This document shows, one piece after another, positions 26,106 through 35,859 of a stretch of DNA of 64,000 nucleotides. Position 1 is the first letter of the stretch; the number at the start of each line of letters is the position of its first letter. This stretch comes from an uncultured Spirochaetota bacterium. Lineage in GTDB: Bacteria; Spirochaetota; Brevinematia; Brevinematales; JAOACQ01. The notes under the pieces were generated by a model that worked only from the letters and a program-made list of their open reading frames with translations, made no database searches and had not been told where the DNA came from. The DNA is taken from NCBI GenBank assembly GCA_963768055.1, contig CAVYGN010000002.1, forward strand, positions 448,001 to 512,000, in the 5' to 3' direction. Both the position numbers and the translations under genes were made by a program.

Positions 26106-28589
26106 ATGTTAAAAAAAATTATTTTGTCAGGCTGTTCATTAATTGCATTCATTATCCTTATTTATGCATGTTCTCTTATAACCCCGGGCGGGGGCGGAGG
26201 AGGAGGGGGAGGGGGAAATAATTCATCGGGCGGGAGCACTTCTTCTTCCACTTCTCATACTTCTTCTTCTTCAGCATCGTCGTTCTGGGCGGACGACTCT
26301 GCAAACTGGGTCGGCGAGGTGTTTTACTGGGGGCCGCCGGAAACGCCTGACGTGCCGGGCCAGTCCCGGGCAAAATCGCCTGTTAAAACAACGGCGAGCG
26401 GAAGTTTCGGCGCAGTCAGGGCAGCGGCCCTGCCGCCCGTACAATACACGGTCGACCCGATATTCAACCCGGTCGGCGGGACTTATACTACTGCAAAAAC
26501 GATACAGATAAAGAGCACTACTTCGGGTTCGGTAGTCCATTATACAACAGACGGCAGCACGCCTACGGCGGCATCGCCGGTGCTGGGCACCCTGAAACTT
26601 TCCAGCGGCACCACGACAGTCAGTGCTATCGCGGTTACAAGCGGAATGGGGGACTCGAGGGTCGTCCAGTGTACATATTATTTCCAGCCGGCGGTCCCAG
26701 GGGGAACAGTCGGAGCGCCGGCTTTCAGCCCGGTCCAGGGGACTTACTTTTCTAATATAAACATCAAGATAAAGAGCCAGACAACAGGGGCTAAAATTTA
26801 TTATACTACCGACGGATCGACCCCTAATACATCGTCGAAGGTATATAGCGCCGCGATACCGCTTGCGCCGGGCTCGACGTTGACGATAAACGCATTCGCC
26901 TTCAAGGCAGGTTTGACATCCTCAATAGTCATATCTCAGACATTCACGGTAACCGGGATTGTCACCGATCCGGTTATTACTCTGGCCGACAACCCGACCG
27001 GAAAATATATAACGATAGCGAACACGACTCCGGGGTCTGGCATTTATTACACCCTCGACGGAACGGAACCTACGGCGGCTTCGACATTTTATTCGGGTGT
27101 GATACAACTGCCGGGTGCGAGCACTATAAACGCCATGGCTTTTGAAACCGGATGGACCGCGTCACATATGGTAAGCTATAACTATACAACTTCCGGAAAG
27201 GCCGCCAGTCCTGTATTTGGTACGGCAGGGGGAACTTACCAGTCGCCATTCAACCTTACACTTTCCTGTCCCACGACAGGAGCGGCGATTTTATGGTCTA
27301 TCGATGGGGGAACGACCTGGAACTGGAACCAGAATAACTCTATTTTGATCTCTTCGAGTATGACCGTTATCGCAAAGGCAGTCTTTACGGGAATGGACGA
27401 TTCGGACGCGGTGACTAACAGCTATGTAATTCAAAATCCGACATATACAGTTACATATAACGCCAACGGAGCTACCGGAGGTAGCGTGCCTATAGATAGC
27501 AATAACTACCTGCCGGGATCAACCGTAACCGTTTCAGGCAACACCGGAAACCTCCTTAAATCCGGATACTCATTGACCGGCTGGAACACAATAAGCGACG
27601 GGACCGGGATCAATTACCCTATAGGGGCAAGTTTTACGATCGGTCCGGCAAATGTCACACTTTATGCAGTCTGGACTCTTAGCTCGTCTTCATCGGCCAG
27701 CAGTTCAAGCTCTAGTTCATCTTCGAGTAGTTCTTCTTCAAGCTCGACTTCCATATCATCGAGCAGTTCAACATCAAGCAGTTCTTCGTCGAGTTCATCA
27801 TCAAGCAGTATTTCATCTTCGAGCAGTTCTTCTTCATCAATTAGCAGCAGTTCATCGTCGAGTTCTTCGTCGAGTAGTTCATCCAGTTCATCAGTTACTG
27901 CATGCAATATAACCGGTTCTTCTCCTCCTGGATCGACATTTACCTATTATTATTTCGGTCAGGGAACTCAAAAACAAAATAGCTATTATAATACAGCTTG
28001 CGGTTATTATGGAACCGAAAATATTAGTTTGAATCAAACCAATTGGTTGAATAATATTGATTCGGTTTATAATATTTCTTATCCTAATTATTTTGTTGCG
28101 ATCCATGAATTAGGATCGGGGGCAAATTGGGCTACAAATTGCGGAGAATGTGTTCAAATCACTTATGGGAATAATACAATTATAGCAACTATTATTGATA
28201 ACTCAATTTTAGGAACAGGAGGAGATCTTGATCTCAGTACATCCGCCTGGAGTGCTTTAGGATTACCGGCAGGAGGAGATCCTAGCAAGGGGTCATGGAA
28301 ATATGTTCCTTGCCCGGTCTCCGGAAATATTGTTATTCGTTTCAATAATGGATATACAGGTGATATTTATATCCAAAATACGATTACCCCAATACAGTCG
28401 GTTACAGCGAATGGTCATACTTGCTCACTTTCTCAATACGGATATTGGAATTCTTCCGCCATTAATGATTTGAGGGGAGTGACATTGGTGTTAACGGATA
28501 TACTGGGCCGCTCTGTAACCGGTACGGTGCCTACAAGTGATAACACTACAGGTGCTAGTATCGGCGTCCAGTTCCCAGGCTGTCAATAG
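26106..28589 (+). CDS. Surface lipoprotein: Fn3-associated/chitobiase-C-type repeats, InlB B-repeat, Ser linker, C-terminal expansin (EXLX)-like domain
   Basis: Lipobox IYA-C; four P.F.P.GG.Y...IYYT.DG..P-type units; YTVTYNANGATGG...GW...VTLYAVW; ACGY, NCGECVQI, IID, DLDLS..AW, WKYVPCPVSGN. Confidence 0.8.
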   Translation: MLKKIILSGCSLIAFIILIYACSLITPGGGGGGGGGGNNSSGGSTSSSTSHTSSSSASSFWADDSANWVGEVFYWGPPETPDVPGQSRAKSPVKTTASGSFGAVRAAALPPVQYTVDPIFNPVGGTYTTAKTIQIKSTTSGSVVHYTTDGSTPTAASPVLGTLKLSSGTTTVSAIAVTSGMGDSRVVQCTYYFQPAVPGGTVGAPAFSPVQGTYFSNINIKIKSQTTGAKIYYTTDGSTPNTSSKVYSAAIPLAPGSTLTINAFAFKAGLTSSIVISQTFTVTGIVTDPVITLADNPTGKYITIANTTPGSGIYYTLDGTEPTAASTFYSGVIQLPGASTINAMAFETGWTASHMVSYNYTTSGKAASPVFGTAGGTYQSPFNLTLSCPTTGAAILWSIDGGTTWNWNQNNSILISSSMTVIAKAVFTGMDDSDAVTNSYVIQNPTYTVTYNANGATGGSVPIDSNNYLPGSTVTVSGNTGNLLKSGYSLTGWNTISDGTGINYPIGASFTIGPANVTLYAVWTLSSSSSASSSSSSSSSSSSSSSSTSISSSSSTSSSSSSSSSSSSISSSSSSSSSISSSSSSSSSSSSSSSSSVTACNITGSSPPGSTFTYYYFGQGTQKQNSYYNTACGYYGTENISLNQTNWLNNIDSVYNISYPNYFVAIHELGSGANWATNCGECVQITYGNNTIIATIIDNSILGTGGDLDLSTSAWSALGLPAGGDPSKGSWKYVPCPVSGNIVIRFNNGYTGDIYIQNTITPIQSVTANGHTCSLSQYGYWNSSAINDLRGVTLVLTDILGRSVTGTVPTSDNTTGASIGVQFPGCQ
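27678..27893 (+). repeat. Poly-serine linker encoded by mixed TCN/AGY codons
   Basis: About 70 residues almost entirely Ser between the B-repeat and the expansin domain. Confidence 0.85.
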
Positions 28590-28596
28590 TTATTTT

Positions 28597-29994
28597 GTGA
28601 GAATAAAATTGATAACACACGGGGCGGTTTTGCTTTTATACATAACATGTCTTTCCTACTCGCAGGAAACTCACAAAGGTATAATTAAATGGCATGAGAG
28701 TAATTTCGATAAAACACTCGAACAGTCCAAGGCAGAAAACAAAGATATCATTGTTTTCATCTATGCGAAATGGTGCAAGCAATGTGAATACATGAACGAT
28801 AACATACTTACAATTCCTGAAATAGGTAATTTCATTGATTCTAATTTCATCCCATACAAGGCTGAAGATATAAATCCTGAAACCAAAAAAATAATGAACA
28901 AATACGATGTTACGGCATTTCCTACATTCCTCTTTATTGCATCCAATGCCGTAGAGATCGCAAGGTTTGTCGGCCGGGCTGAAAAAACCAATTTCCTTGA
29001 ATTAATAAAAGAAATAAAAGTCGATAGGACTTCTATAAGCGAAAACCTCATTAAATTAAAGGCGTTACCGGGTAATACACAGATATTGTACACTCTATTT
29101 TCCCTTTATATAAAAAGGAGGGATATCGGGAATGCCGAGAATTTTAAAAGCCGTATTAAAGCGAATGATACCGGTTTTTATAACGCTAATGAAGAAAATA
29201 TCCTTTCAACACTTGCCGACGCTTATTTTTATTTAAAAGATTATCCCGGTGCTATAGACAATACAAAAGAATTGATACAATCCGGCCAGGTCAAGGACAT
29301 AAAATCAAAATATTATTTCATAGCCGGGTGTTATAACAAAATGGAAAATTATAAGCGGGCCCTTGACACTTATTATAAGATATTGGAGTTGGATCCGGAG
29401 GATAATTCATCCTATGTCTCCATCATTCAACAGTCATATATATACAACATCGACCTGGATAATTCAATAAATACTGCTTTGAAAGGAACTTTAATAAAGG
29501 CGACAAATGATCAAAAGGCTGAATTATATTTCGAACTGTCCAGGGCATACAAGAAAAAAAACAATAATAAGAAAGCTCTTGAAATGATTGACAACGCTAT
29601 AAGTTTATATCCGATGGCTTTATATAAAAACTTCAAAGACCAAATTACAGGAACAGCAGCCAAAAATGATCTGAAAAAGAATGAGGATCTCTTATCGTTT
29701 TCGGACAAGGCCTGGAATTTCGGAACTGTGAAAAAGGACTCGACCGTCGAATACATAATAACGCTTGAAAATCACTGCGGCTATCCTGCGGAAATACAGG
29801 TTATTAAAACCTGCGACTGTTTAAGCGCAACTCCTGAAACAATAAAACTGGATAACGAAAAAAAGATACAGATAAAACTAGCATATAATTCGTCCGAAGA
29901 CGATGGAAAAATCGAAAAGTATTTCGTCATTAAAAGCGATATAAAAGGATTGGAAAGGACCCTGTTCACAGTTACCGGGACAGTTGAAAAATAG
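28597..29994 (+). CDS. Exported thioredoxin-fold + TPR + DUF1573-like (Ig-like) protein
   Basis: YAKWCKQC, YDVTAFPTFLF, TPR units (ALDTYYKILELDPED), WNFGTV...KTCDCL; start codon uncertain. Confidence 0.75.
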   Translation: MRIKLITHGAVLLLYITCLSYSQETHKGIIKWHESNFDKTLEQSKAENKDIIVFIYAKWCKQCEYMNDNILTIPEIGNFIDSNFIPYKAEDINPETKKIMNKYDVTAFPTFLFIASNAVEIARFVGRAEKTNFLELIKEIKVDRTSISENLIKLKALPGNTQILYTLFSLYIKRRDIGNAENFKSRIKANDTGFYNANEENILSTLADAYFYLKDYPGAIDNTKELIQSGQVKDIKSKYYFIAGCYNKMENYKRALDTYYKILELDPEDNSSYVSIIQQSYIYNIDLDNSINTALKGTLIKATNDQKAELYFELSRAYKKKNNNKKALEMIDNAISLYPMALYKNFKDQITGTAAKNDLKKNEDLLSFSDKAWNFGTVKKDSTVEYIITLENHCGYPAEIQVIKTCDCLSATPETIKLDNEKKIQIKLAYNSSEDDGKIEKYFVIKSDIKGLERTLFTVTGTVEK

Positions 29995-30004
29995 ATCGAT
30001 CGAA

Positions 30005-31075
30005 TCAGGAGATCAAATTAATAACCCCGAATGCCAGGAATAAACAAAAGAAAATCAATTTTATAAAACCCAGTTTGTTTCCAAGGAAATCCCCGATCTT
30101 TTTTGAAGATATTCCGAAATATACAAGAATGAAAATTACGGCTAATGGAATTATGAAGGCTAAATTATACAAAGTTAAATAAATAAAACCGATTATTTTT
30201 ACCTTCATATCGGAAATATACCCTATAATCGGAAAATATATTTGGCCGGTGCATAATATTTCAAATAAAGAAACCAAAAAGCCAAGGACTATCGAACTTA
30301 ATATAATCCTGTAATTTTTCATTTCAAACCTTATAGCTTCTCTTATTTTATTCTGAAAAAAATCGGGAAGCTTTAGGAATAATTTCCCCCTGTTATCCTT
30401 TGATCTCATCAATTTTACAAAATCAGATAAATTCAATACAGCAAGTACAAATAAAAATATTGTCAGGGCATATTTAAAAATTTTAGAGAACAAAGGGAAG
30501 ATGTTCAGCATTCTTACAAAACCAAATATACCAAGGCCGATAAAAAAATATGTGATAAAAACCGTCACTATATAGAAAATTCCTGAGATCAAGACCAATT
30601 TCCTACTTTTTAAATTAATAAACAGATATGAAATCAATAATATTATTACTGTAAAAACGCATGGATTCATACCGTCCAATATTCCAGCTAAAATAATTAT
30701 TCCCAAGCTAAAATTGCTGTGCTCAATGCCCTGTGCATTATTATTCGCTAAAAAGGTATAAATTTGATCGTTACCCACATAAAATTTATCATTATAAAAT
30801 AAAATAGGGAGTTCGGGGAATTGAGAAAAGATATTAAACTTTTTATTTAATTCTTCGAGTTTATTCCAGTTCTTCTCATCAGTTAAATCATAAACTTTTA
30901 TAACTATATTTTTGCTGTTCTTATTAGACCATTGTTTAATATCACCAATTGTCTTCTGGCATTTACTGCAGGACATATAATATGCATAATATTCCATTAA
31001 TACCGGGTTCGAACTTGAAAAAGCGATGCCCGTAATAATAATTGTGAAGAAAATAATCAGATTAATTTTTTTCAT
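30005..31075 (-). CDS. Thioredoxin/glutaredoxin-like domain fused to DsbD/CcdA-like membrane domain
   Basis: Signal peptide, CSKC, then GILDGMNPCVF and EILCTGQIY in TM helices, YNLAFIIPL. Confidence 0.75.
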   Translation of the reverse strand: MKKINLIIFFTIIITGIAFSSSNPVLMEYYAYYMSCSKCQKTIGDIKQWSNKNSKNIVIKVYDLTDEKNWNKLEELNKKFNIFSQFPELPILFYNDKFYVGNDQIYTFLANNNAQGIEHSNFSLGIIILAGILDGMNPCVFTVIILLISYLFINLKSRKLVLISGIFYIVTVFITYFFIGLGIFGFVRMLNIFPLFSKIFKYALTIFLFVLAVLNLSDFVKLMRSKDNRGKLFLKLPDFFQNKIREAIRFEMKNYRIILSSIVLGFLVSLFEILCTGQIYFPIIGYISDMKVKIIGFIYLTLYNLAFIIPLAVIFILVYFGISSKKIGDFLGNKLGFIKLIFFCLFLAFGVINLIS

Positions 31076-31211
31076 CGCTAAAAAATTGAGGAACATATCA
31101 TCAGTAGTATACTTTAAATATCGAAATAATTCAAAACTGTAAAATGGTTTTATTTCCAGTACAGTAACTTTACCTTTCCCCGTCACCGGATCAAGCTATG
31201 TTTATATAATA

Positions 31212-32708
31212 TCAAGGAACATTAATATAATTATATGGAGAGTTATCGGTAATAATCTGACCGTTTGTTTTAATATTAATAGAATGATTGGTAATACAAA
31301 TGCCACCGCCCGCATTGTTACTAACCAAACCAGTAATATTATCATTAGCCTCATTGTTAAAACAAATTCCTCCGCCATTATTATTTGCTTTATTAGATAT
31401 GATATTAGCAGTTATAGTATTGTTGTGGCTTCCGAATAAATATATGCCTCCTCCTAAACTAACAGATGTTAAACCACCAGAAGCATAATTATTACTTATT
31501 ACACCGTTAACAGTAATAAATGAGCTTCCTTCAATGGCAATGCCCCCGCCTCCATTTGCAGTATCAGATTGATTGCCACTATTATTTATGACAGGACTGT
31601 TAATAAAATCATTGCTTTCAGAGTATATAAAAATACCGCCGCCGTCACAAACAGCCATGTTAAAGCTGATATTAGCATTTATTGTATTATTATAGCCGCC
31701 TTCTAAACTTATTCCACCGCCATTATAACCGATTTGAGTACTATTATTACTTATTAAACCATTTAAAGTTATATTATGAGAATTCAATATGGAAATACCT
31801 CCTCCATCACTTGCAGAGTTGACATTGCCGATAATAATAGCCGAAATGATATTCCAAGGAGAATAATAAATATATACCCCCCCTCCAGGATTATTACTTA
31901 TTATTAAATTTGTTAATACATTATTAGTTGAATTAATGAATCCAATACCTGTATTATAACTATTTTCTACCGTAAAGCCGTCGATTAAAGAAAAACCACA
32001 ATTGGCTATTTGAATTGCATAATTACAACTAGCGGCGCCATTCATATTAATAACACTAGTTCCACTAGTGTTCCGGACTTGGAAATTACTATCCCATCCG
32101 CCCAGGATATTAATATTTGAATGATCAACATTCAAGTAGAGTCCGGCACTGTCATTAAAAGGGTTGAGTTCACCACCAGCTGTTGTATAAGTCCCCGCCG
32201 CTACATAAACATATCCGGGCTGGCCGTTTAATTTAATTATATTGCTTAATGAATTAGCTCCTTGCTGTATAGATTTAAACGGGCTTGCAGGGGTATTTCC
32301 TTTATTAGCCGTGTCGCTCCCGCTAGTCGCCACGTACGCCGGCACATTGTAAATAAAATTCTTCGAGTCCTTCACGTTCCCGCTTGAATCTTCGAGCTGG
32401 ACTGATACCTTATGAGGTCCGCATGAGAGATTAAGCATGCCGGTCGACCATGCCGGATAGTTCATAGTGGCCAGCATGGAAGTCCCGCCGTCTATCGAAA
32501 CATAGACATTGTACCCTTTTACATAAGACGTATAAGTCCCGGTGAAGTTGGTGACGCCCGGGCCGATTATTTCGCTCATCGGCGTGATCCCGTTCGTGGG
32601 GCTGCCTCCCACTGCGGCCTTGTTATTGAAGTCGGGGTTGTAGAAGAGCTGGCAGGAAGACATGAGAACTGCTGCTAGAACAGACATTAAAATTTTTAAG
32701 TATTTCAT
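31212..32708 (-). CDS. Right-handed beta-helix lipoprotein, paralog 2
   Basis: Lipobox LMSS-C; YVATSGSD...SPFKSIQ..VYVAAGTY; repeated N..GGGI.I motifs; ATG at 32708 with GGAG RBS. Confidence 0.8.
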   Translation of the reverse strand: MKYLKILMSVLAAVLMSSCQLFYNPDFNNKAAVGGSPTNGITPMSEIIGPGVTNFTGTYTSYVKGYNVYVSIDGGTSMLATMNYPAWSTGMLNLSCGPHKVSVQLEDSSGNVKDSKNFIYNVPAYVATSGSDTANKGNTPASPFKSIQQGANSLSNIIKLNGQPGYVYVAAGTYTTAGGELNPFNDSAGLYLNVDHSNINILGGWDSNFQVRNTSGTSVINMNGAASCNYAIQIANCGFSLIDGFTVENSYNTGIGFINSTNNVLTNLIISNNPGGGVYIYYSPWNIISAIIIGNVNSASDGGGISILNSHNITLNGLISNNSTQIGYNGGGISLEGGYNNTINANISFNMAVCDGGGIFIYSESNDFINSPVINNSGNQSDTANGGGGIAIEGSSFITVNGVISNNYASGGLTSVSLGGGIYLFGSHNNTITANIISNKANNNGGGICFNNEANDNITGLVSNNAGGGICITNHSINIKTNGQIITDNSPYNYINVP

Positions 32709-32736
32709 AAATAACTCCAAACTAACCAATTTAATA

Positions 32737-34434
32737 TTATTGATTAACAATGTTATCCGGCGAGTTTCCGGTGACTATTGCGTTATTAATATAGGCACTT
32801 TTATAAGAATAAATACCGCCTCCATTATTGCCGTTTGCCGAATTATTTGTAACAGGGCCGTTAATAACGTCGTTAGTTTCATTATTAAGATAAATCCCGC
32901 CACCGCCAATATTTAGGCTGAAATTTTCGGCCACAATAGCGCTAATTATGTTTCCGTAACCAATTGATATAAATAGTCCACCGCCGTTTTGTGCTGAACT
33001 ATTGCTGATTATAGAACCATTTATAGTCACATTTGTTGAACTGAATATACAATAACCTCCCCCTGCCTGCCCCGCCGTCGCATTAGAAATAACGCTTGCA
33101 TTTAAAATATCTTTTAATTCGTCTATAGCATAAATCCCACCGCCATAATTTGCGGAATTGCAGGTTACAAGCGCGTTAATAATGTTGCCGTAGCTGTTCG
33201 TTAAATAAATGCCTCCGCCGTCAACGCTTGAATAATTGTTGCTTATAATTCCGTTAACGGTTATATTAGAGCCGTTTTCTATCGCAATCCCTCCGCCGTT
33301 TACACCGCTCGAACTATTTGAAATTATATTGCCGTTAATGATGTCGTTATATTCATTAGTCAATAAAAGCCCGCCGCCGCCGTCGGCGGTATAAACATAG
33401 TTACAGGTTATCGTTGTATTGATCGTATTATTATAACCTCCGCTTATATATATTCCGCCGCCGCTACAATGTTGTGAATAATTATTACTTATTATTCCGT
33501 TGATTGTATTGTTAAAACTCCCGGTCATATATATTCCGCCGCCGGGATTTTTAGGGGAATTGTTATAAATGCCGGCGGATATGATATTACCGGATGAATT
33601 ATTAATATATATACCACCCAGATTATTCGAAATTATCAGGTTGGTCAATATATTATTGTAAGCATTGTTAATGAACATACCTAAACAATTACCTGCCCTA
33701 CATAAAATAAAACTATCGATTATAACAGCGGTACTTCCTGATATTTGTATAACATTGCGGGAAGCTGATACATTTCCCTCATCAAGAACACATATTCCAC
33801 TCCTGCTTTGATAATTATTGACAAATCCGCCCAGGATGTTAATATACGAATGCGGAGCATTTAAAATAAGTCCATTTAGAGGTGCATTATTAAGACCTGA
33901 TCCCGGTGTATATGTTCCCGCCGCCACGTAAACATAACCCGGGCATGCATTGACCTTCATTAAATTGGTTACAGAATCCGCTCCCGCCTGCAATGAGAGA
34001 AAAGGGCTTGCAGGGGTATTTCCTTTATTAGCAGTATCGCTTCCGCTAGTCGCCACGTACGCCGGCACGTTGTAAATAAAATTCTTCGAATCCTTCACGT
34101 TCCCGCTTGAATCCTCGAGCTGGACGGTGACCTTGTGGGGGCCGCATGACAGATTCAGGCTGCCGGTCGTCCAGGTAGGATAGTTCATAGTTGCCAGCAT
34201 GGAAGTCCCGCCGTCTATAGATACATAGACATTGTATCCTTTTACATAAGACGTGTAGGTCCCGGTGAAGTTGGTGACTCCCGGACCGATTATTTCACTC
34301 ATCGGCGTTATATTGTTCGTGGGGCTGCTACCCGCTAAAGTCTTATTGGTGAAGTCCGGGTTATAGAAGAGCTGGCAGGACGACATGAGCGCCGCAGCGG
34401 CTAAAACCATTATTAAACTATATATTTTTTTCAT
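32737..34434 (-). CDS. Right-handed beta-helix lipoprotein, paralog 1
   Basis: Lipobox LMSS-C; same N-terminal domain as paralog 2; many NGGGIY/GGGIA repeats. Confidence 0.82.
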   Translation of the reverse strand: MKKIYSLIMVLAAAALMSSCQLFYNPDFTNKTLAGSSPTNNITPMSEIIGPGVTNFTGTYTSYVKGYNVYVSIDGGTSMLATMNYPTWTTGSLNLSCGPHKVTVQLEDSSGNVKDSKNFIYNVPAYVATSGSDTANKGNTPASPFLSLQAGADSVTNLMKVNACPGYVYVAAGTYTPGSGLNNAPLNGLILNAPHSYINILGGFVNNYQSRSGICVLDEGNVSASRNVIQISGSTAVIIDSFILCRAGNCLGMFINNAYNNILTNLIISNNLGGIYINNSSGNIISAGIYNNSPKNPGGGIYMTGSFNNTINGIISNNYSQHCSGGGIYISGGYNNTINTTITCNYVYTADGGGGLLLTNEYNDIINGNIISNSSSGVNGGGIAIENGSNITVNGIISNNYSSVDGGGIYLTNSYGNIINALVTCNSANYGGGIYAIDELKDILNASVISNATAGQAGGGYCIFSSTNVTINGSIISNSSAQNGGGLFISIGYGNIISAIVAENFSLNIGGGGIYLNNETNDVINGPVTNNSANGNNGGGIYSYKSAYINNAIVTGNSPDNIVNQ

Positions 34435-34443
34435 AATTTACTC

Positions 34444-35859
34444 CTAGAACTTGAGGCCTATCGAGGGCGACACGAAGAACTCATTCGCCCCGAAATCGTA
34501 GCTTAAAGCGACCTTTAAATTAAACCATTTCCACTCGCCTACGACAAAAACTCCTGCGGAGTAGCTGTATGTACTGATAGAGGTCATGTTCAGGTAAGCG
34601 GGGTTTATATTGTTAAATGCGTCCGAGGGAAGGTAAATGTAATATGAACCGGTGACGCCCGCCCCGAACCTGAAATCGGTGGACATGTCCCCGTAAAAAT
34701 AATAGCCAATGTCAAGATACGGCGATAATTCGGACAGGGTGGCCGCAAGGGCCTCTGAATAATAAGAGGAATATCCGCTCCCCGCTTCGAGCCATAAATA
34801 CCGCCAGGGGAAATACTCCACGCCGAGGCCGCCGAAGCTGCTTCCCAGGAAGTAGGCCCTCACATGGATAGGCCCTCCCCATTTCTCCGAAGGCGACACA
34901 TGGGTTGTAGCCCCGTCCAGAACATTGAAAGGGGACTTGTAAATAATGTTTGAATTCTGGTCCAGCACGGTCAGGGTATGATTCGAAAGCGCGTTCATAT
35001 TGGTAAATTCCTCATTTTCATATGCGGGGCTGCCGTCGACAAAATAGCTGTATTTCCTGCCCGATATGCCGTAACTCACCGGATCGATTATCACATTGCC
35101 CGTCGCGAAATATGTCACCCCGAAATTCTCCTTCGGGCCGAGGACCCTGGCGGTATTGTAGACGGTCTTTCCATCCTGCGCCCTTATTACGCTTATAGTA
35201 TAGGACTGGCCGCCCAGCACGCTCATGCTCTTTCTATAATCCTGCTTATTGGCGGTATCGATAAATTTATTATTTATATAGATATCGTATTTCCCTGCAC
35301 CGGCCTTGACGTCGAAGTCGATCCTCGCAAGCGAATAATCTATTTTCAGCACGTCTTCTATGACATTTTTAAGGATCATATCGATGCTGTCGAAGATATC
35401 GATATCGGTTGTCGTTACATAGGACCTGGAGAAAATGTTTTTATTTTCAGACTTGGACCACACGCCGATCTTGATCGTCACTTTTTCGGGATTTTTCTGG
35501 ATCAGGTCGTAATCCCCGTAAAGGATATAATCGGCGTCGTACACCACCTTGGGGGCGGTTTCGGCTTTGATCCTCTCCCATTTTGCCAGGACCGGAGAAA
35601 GCCAGAAAAGGTCGTTCATCAGCTTATCGTCGGGGACGTCGAGCGAGGGAATGATCCTCATAAAGTTGTAAATGGACCTGAATACGACAAGCTGGAAAGA
35701 GTTCGATTTCGAGCTCTTGGTGTCCTCGATGGGAAGTATATAGAACTTCGACGCCTGCTTGATGGGAAGCGTCGAATTAGTGAGTGCGTCGCTCCAGGCT
35801 GGGCCTGAAAAGAATATTGATGATGCAAATAATAGGCTATACAAGGCTAAATTTTTCAT
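34444..35859 (-). CDS. Exported protein with putative C-terminal outer-membrane beta-barrel
   Basis: Signal peptide; alpha/beta N-domain (ADYILYGDY); alternating aromatic beta-strands (GLGVEYFP, LEAGSGY, LDIGYYF) ending in GLKF; ATG at 35859 with GGAGG RBS. Confidence 0.65.
   Translation of the reverse strand: MKNLALYSLLFASSIFFSGPAWSDALTNSTLPIKQASKFYILPIEDTKSSKSNSFQLVVFRSIYNFMRIIPSLDVPDDKLMNDLFWLSPVLAKWERIKAETAPKVVYDADYILYGDYDLIQKNPEKVTIKIGVWSKSENKNIFSRSYVTTTDIDIFDSIDMILKNVIEDVLKIDYSLARIDFDVKAGAGKYDIYINNKFIDTANKQDYRKSMSVLGGQSYTISVIRAQDGKTVYNTARVLGPKENFGVTYFATGNVIIDPVSYGISGRKYSYFVDGSPAYENEEFTNMNALSNHTLTVLDQNSNIIYKSPFNVLDGATTHVSPSEKWGGPIHVRAYFLGSSFGGLGVEYFPWRYLWLEAGSGYSSYYSEALAATLSELSPYLDIGYYFYGDMSTDFRFGAGVTGSYYIYLPSDAFNNINPAYLNMTSISTYSYSAGVFVVGEWKWFNLKVALSYDFGANEFFVSPSIGLKF

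Noticed and set aside
27652..27912. Alternative-frame ORFs with DELDEEL or HHRAV repeats
   Set aside because: Shadows of the poly-Ser linker
32281..34389. Diversity-generating retroelement TR/VR pair or shufflon
   Set aside because: Both copies are coding N-termini, differences are largely synonymous rather than adenine-specific, and no reverse transcriptase or recombinase is in the window
34978..35808. 276-aa plus-strand ORF
   Set aside because: Antisense to the better supported 34444-35859 gene, which has an RBS and signal peptide
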